The position numbers were made by a program, and so were the translations under genes. From Somniosus microcephalus (taxonomy: Eukaryota): a stretch of 64,000 nucleotides of DNA. The stretch spans positions 177,878,001 to 177,942,000 of the forward strand of contig CM126210.1 in assembly GCA_052327205.1 (NCBI GenBank), read 5' to 3'. This document shows positions 63,461 through 64,000 of the stretch, piece by piece; within the stretch, counting starts at the first letter, position 1; the number at the start of each line of letters is the position of its first letter. The notes under the pieces were generated by a model that made no database searches, was not told where the DNA came from, and saw nothing but the letters and a program-made list of their open reading frames with translations.

Positions 63461-64000
63461 AATTGTCCATGGGATAGGCTTGAAAAGTATCTATGCTTAC
63501 AGTAATAGCTGAGCAGCCCAAGGTGATTTGACCTTAATTTTCTTTCGAGAAGCATCTGACCTTTACTTGTCTTCCCATGATGATGTGACTGAGGTCGTGA
63601 ATACTGTCGGGGAAAATCACAGGTGTGGATGCTTCCTACTGCTCTGTTGAAGCTCCAACATGCCTTGCTGTCCTCCGTGTGATGTGTCTTTGCTCCTTTC
63701 TTCCCCAGTTCTCTTTTTTCTTTGTTTGCCATGCCATTGACCACGCCATGTTTCTCGTACCTGAGGGCTCCCAGAGGCATGGAGCTGCGTCCAGCAATGA
63801 TATTTCCTGTTCCTCTGGGGAGCCGTGAAGTGGGAATCCCGTAGCTACTTGTAAGGCATTGTGGCTGGTATCAGCTGGGTGGTGGAATATGTTGTCTGCA
63901 AATGATACCTCATTGGTGACATTTCTAAATCTGGTGAAATCATAGAATCATTGATTCTTGCAGCACCGAAAGAGGCCATTCGGTCCACCTTCGCATAATT

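Noticed and set aside
1-64000. Prokaryotic-type systems (CRISPR arrays, operons, retrons)
   Set aside because: The sequence has spliceosomal exon-intron structure and vertebrate repeats; no repeat-spacer array was seen, and the RTs belong to LINE/PLE elements.

Overview
Eukaryotic, repeat-rich vertebrate DNA. The HE1-like V-SINE, Deu-SINE, CR1, L2, RTE, Penelope and Harbinger repeat mix suggests a cartilaginous fish (inference). The + strand carries the 5' part of MDN1 (midasin): 27 phase-consistent GT-AG coding exons from 16529 to 63243 (about 1289 codons, N-terminal domain through AAA3), continuing past the window. Head-to-head on the - strand is the 5' end of CASP8AP2/FLASH (probable non-coding exon ~13550-13640, coding exons 6234-6303 and 3490-3579). 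A Harbinger transposon with a spliced Myb/SANT gene occupies 1-1418. The most unusual structures are Penelope-like retroelement (PLE) copies with minimal hammerhead-ribozyme motifs: a ~775-bp fold-back palindrome between the two divergent promoters, and a compound inverted array in MDN1 intron 17. Also present are an RTE LINE with a twin-priming-type inversion and 11-bp TSD, a head-to-head RTE/CR1 chimera, an Ingi/Vingi-like fragment nested in a Deu-SINE, and hairpin-rich Harbinger-type MITEs. All identifications are by eye from recalled family motifs; no searches were run and repeat boundaries are approximate.
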